DNA of 53,049 nucleotides from a virus (Duplodnaviria; Caudoviricetes): IMG/VR virus record IMGVR_UViG_3300042197_000954, positions 1 to 53,049 of that record; one strand, 5' to 3'. Shown piece by piece: positions 51,038 to 53,049 of this stretch (position 1 is its first letter; each line of letters starts with the position of its first letter). The notes under the pieces were generated by a model. It saw only the letters and a program-made list of their open reading frames with translations, ran no database searches and was not told where the DNA came from. The position numbers and the translations under genes were made by a program.

Positions 51038-51243
51038 ACTCACCCCCTTTAATGAACCCTCACCGAATGGTGGGGGTTTATTGTTTGAGGAGAATCCCTC
51101 AGAGCTACCGGGATGTTGGATTTTGTCTGGATAATTCCAGATAAAATTGGAGTCGGAATTCCGGCGTACCAAAATTGTTTTTTCAATGAATGGTTGTGTG
51201 TAATGATTTTCTTCTTATCTTTGTATCGTTAAACCAATAAGAT

Positions 51244-51792
51244 ATGGAAAATACTTTAATCATTCATCCAAAGGATAAAACAACACAATTTTTGGATATT
51301 GTCTATAATCCAATTCCAAACAAAACTATCATAACAGGTGGTCTTTATAGGAAGGAAATCCACGAGTTAATTGAGGGACACGATAGAGTTATGATGTGTG
51401 GACACGGAAGTCCTGGCGGTTTGTTTTCCGTTGGACGATTTCCAAGTAATAACTTTTATGTCATCGACGATAAGTCAGTTGGTGTTCTCAAAAAGAAAAA
51501 CAATTCGATTTTTATCTGGTGTAATGCCGATAAATTTGTGAGAAACCACAACCTTAAAGGTTTCTTTTCGGGAATGTTTATCTCTGAACTTTACGAGGCT
51601 ACATATTGTGGTGTAAATTCAAACCAAGATGATGTTGATGAAAGTAATTACGGATTTTGTAATCTTTTATCCGAATGTATCAACGAACCGATTGAGAATA
51701 TGTATCAAAGTATAATTGAGGGGTATGGTAAAATTGCAAAAAGAAACTCCGTCGCAAAGTATAATCACGACCGATTGTATTTATTGGTTTAA
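51244..51792 (+). CDS. putative clan CD (caspase/gingipain-fold) cysteine peptidase-like protein
   Basis: MMCGHGSPGGL and IFIWCNA His/Cys motifs after hydrophobic strands. Confidence 0.5.
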   Translation: MENTLIIHPKDKTTQFLDIVYNPIPNKTIITGGLYRKEIHELIEGHDRVMMCGHGSPGGLFSVGRFPSNNFYVIDDKSVGVLKKKNNSIFIWCNADKFVRNHNLKGFFSGMFISELYEATYCGVNSNQDDVDESNYGFCNLLSECINEPIENMYQSIIEGYGKIAKRNSVAKYNHDRLYLLV

Positions 51793-51815
51793 CATTTGAA
51801 AGGGTAGGTCGTGAT

Positions 51816-51848
51816 TGGGGATACTCACAAGGTATCCCCATTTTTTTT
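51816..51848 (+). terminator. intrinsic terminator (different family)
   Basis: tggggatac...gtatcccca followed by T8. Confidence 0.8.
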
Positions 51849-52061
51849 GCTAAAAATTATAGGGGCCCAGCAAGCGGCCCGTGATTTTGTCTGGAAATTT
51901 GTATTACATTCGTGGGGAATTCCAGACAAAATTCAAAACCCCTCAGGTGGTTCACCCGTTGTTATAAAATGTGGATAACTTGTGGAAAACTTTTTTATAG
52001 AAAAGGTTGTATGTAATGATTTTCTTATTATATTTGTATCGTTAAACTAAACCCCTTAATT

Positions 52062-52481
52062 ATAGCATCCTATACACTTGACCCCGAAGACCCAAGACAA
52101 GATGACAACTTGGGTAAAATGTTATGTTTTCACCGAAGATACTCTTTGGGAGATAAACACGGCTACAAATCCTATGACTATAATAGTTGGGAGGAAATGA
52201 AGTCCCATATTATTAAAGACAACGATGTATTAGTTATCTTACCACTATATCTATACGACCACTCTGGAATTACAATGAATACCACTGGATTCGGTTGTCC
52301 CTGGGATAGCGGACAAGTTGGTTGGATTTTTGCAACAAAGAAAGATGTTAGACAATGGTTTAACCTTAAAAAGATAACTAAACCTTATATTGATAAGGTA
52401 AGGGAAATTCTTTTGGGAGAAGTGAAGATGTATGACCGATACTTAACTGGTGAACACGAGTACGAGGAGATAGAAGACTAG
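52062..52481 (+). CDS. cassette ORF, hypothetical phage protein; ATA at expected start
   Basis: DPEDPRQDDNLGKMLCFHRRYSLGD, LYLYDHSGIT, CPWDSGQVGWI. Confidence 0.7.
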   Translation: MASYTLDPEDPRQDDNLGKMLCFHRRYSLGDKHGYKSYDYNSWEEMKSHIIKDNDVLVILPLYLYDHSGITMNTTGFGCPWDSGQVGWIFATKKDVRQWFNLKKITKPYIDKVREILLGEVKMYDRYLTGEHEYEEIED

Positions 52482-52562
52482 CCCGTGTTTTTGTCTGGAA
52501 AAAAAAGATTTGGATAATTAAAATTTTGTTTCTACATTTGTATTCAACTAAACCCATATTAT

Positions 52563-52778
52563 ATGTTCATTAAACTCACATTTTATCCGTCAAATAAACC
52601 CACGATACTCAATGTTTCGTCAATAAAATCAATTTACCAAGTTTATAACAAACAAGGTGGTGAATACAACACAAAAATTGAGTTCAATAATGGTTCTTAT
52701 GTTAATGTATATGAAACACTTGATGAAATTCTAATGGTTTTACCAAGCGAGAAAAGGGAGTGGGGGTTAAGTGAATGA
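52563..52778 (+). CDS. FlbD-like small protein
   Basis: MFIKLT...ILNVSSIKSI...TKIEFNNGSYVNVYETLDEI. Confidence 0.5.
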   Translation: MFIKLTFYPSNKPTILNVSSIKSIYQVYNKQGGEYNTKIEFNNGSYVNVYETLDEILMVLPSEKREWGLSE

Positions 52779-53049
52779 TTGAACAATTTTCCACTCCGAG
52801 AAACCCTCACCGAAAGGTGGGGGTTTTTTATTTCACCAATTTGAGCTTGGGCAACATGTTTGTCATTTTGTCTGGAAAAGGGTGTATGACATTCCAGACA
52901 AAATCCCCTGGCGTGTTTTTGCTGTAAATCACATTCCAGACAAAATCCCCTGGCGCGTTTTCGCTGTAAATTTTTTAGCGCGTTTTTGCTAGTTATCCCA
53001 CATTTTGTCTGGAAAAGGATGTATGACATTCCAGACAAAATGTGGGGTT

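Larger units (their letters stand above)
39000..53049 (+). repeat. array of about 22 promoter-ORF-terminator cassettes with conserved mosaic intergenic repeats
   Basis: recurrent AACCCTCACCGAAAGGTGGGGGTTTTTT, TTTTGTCTGGA/TCCAGACAAAA, GTGTATGACAC, TGTGGATAACTTGTGGAAAA, GGTTGT-GTAAT-TATATTTGT. Confidence 0.95.

Noticed and set aside
39944-53038. ORF-track entries spanning the intergenic repeats (e.g. 39968, 40608, 41188, 42639, 43415, 44100, 45024, 46865, 52697)
   Set aside because: They translate terminator, inverted-repeat and promoter sequence, lack the cassette leader, or are antisense to better ORFs
39216-53046. CRISPR array built on TCCAGACAAAA repeats
   Set aside because: Repeat is only 11-14 bp and occurs in both orientations, spacers are reused and irregular in length, and no cas genes are present
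39000-53049. Classical integron
   Set aside because: No IntI gene seen, no consistent RYYYAAC/GTTRRRY attC ends noticed, and each cassette has its own promoter and terminator
1-53049. Stop-codon reassignment
   Set aside because: Genes are full length in the standard code, and TAG and TGA end plausible genes (15823, 20011, 21444, 40485)
1-53049. tRNA or rRNA genes
   Set aside because: No cloverleaf with T-loop or rRNA-like segment recognised by eye; tRNAscan-SE would settle it

Overview
AT-rich segment that reads as part of a large lytic phage genome, most likely infecting a Bacteroidota host. The host call rests on TTG-N19-TAnnTTTG promoters and AT-rich leaders without Shine-Dalgarno sequences. 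No capsid or terminase gene is in the window, so the phage call is an inference. There are four blocks. (1) 1-13.9 kb: minus-strand cluster of sugar-nucleotide enzymes, glycosyltransferases and methyltransferases. (2) 14-29 kb: IMPDH/GMP-reductase family enzyme, nucleases, a GH19 endolysin, and many proteins sharing an N-terminal leader motif and an upstream TATTTAT motif. (3) 29.1-36.4 kb: eight paralogous proteins built from about 53 shuffled 27-aa (81-bp) repeats with hypervariable positions. (4) After a palindrome- and G/C-tract-rich strand switch at 38.7-39.0 kb, a 14-kb plus-strand array of about 22 self-contained cassettes. Each cassette is host-type promoter, small unrelated ORF, then a shared terminator. 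Cassettes are separated by mosaic spacers carrying the inverted repeat TTTTGTCTGGA...TCCAGACAAAA and tandem DnaA boxes. The array includes an empty cassette and a non-coding cassette. Blocks 3 and 4 are the best candidates for an undescribed system. All family calls come from motif recognition by eye, not database searches.
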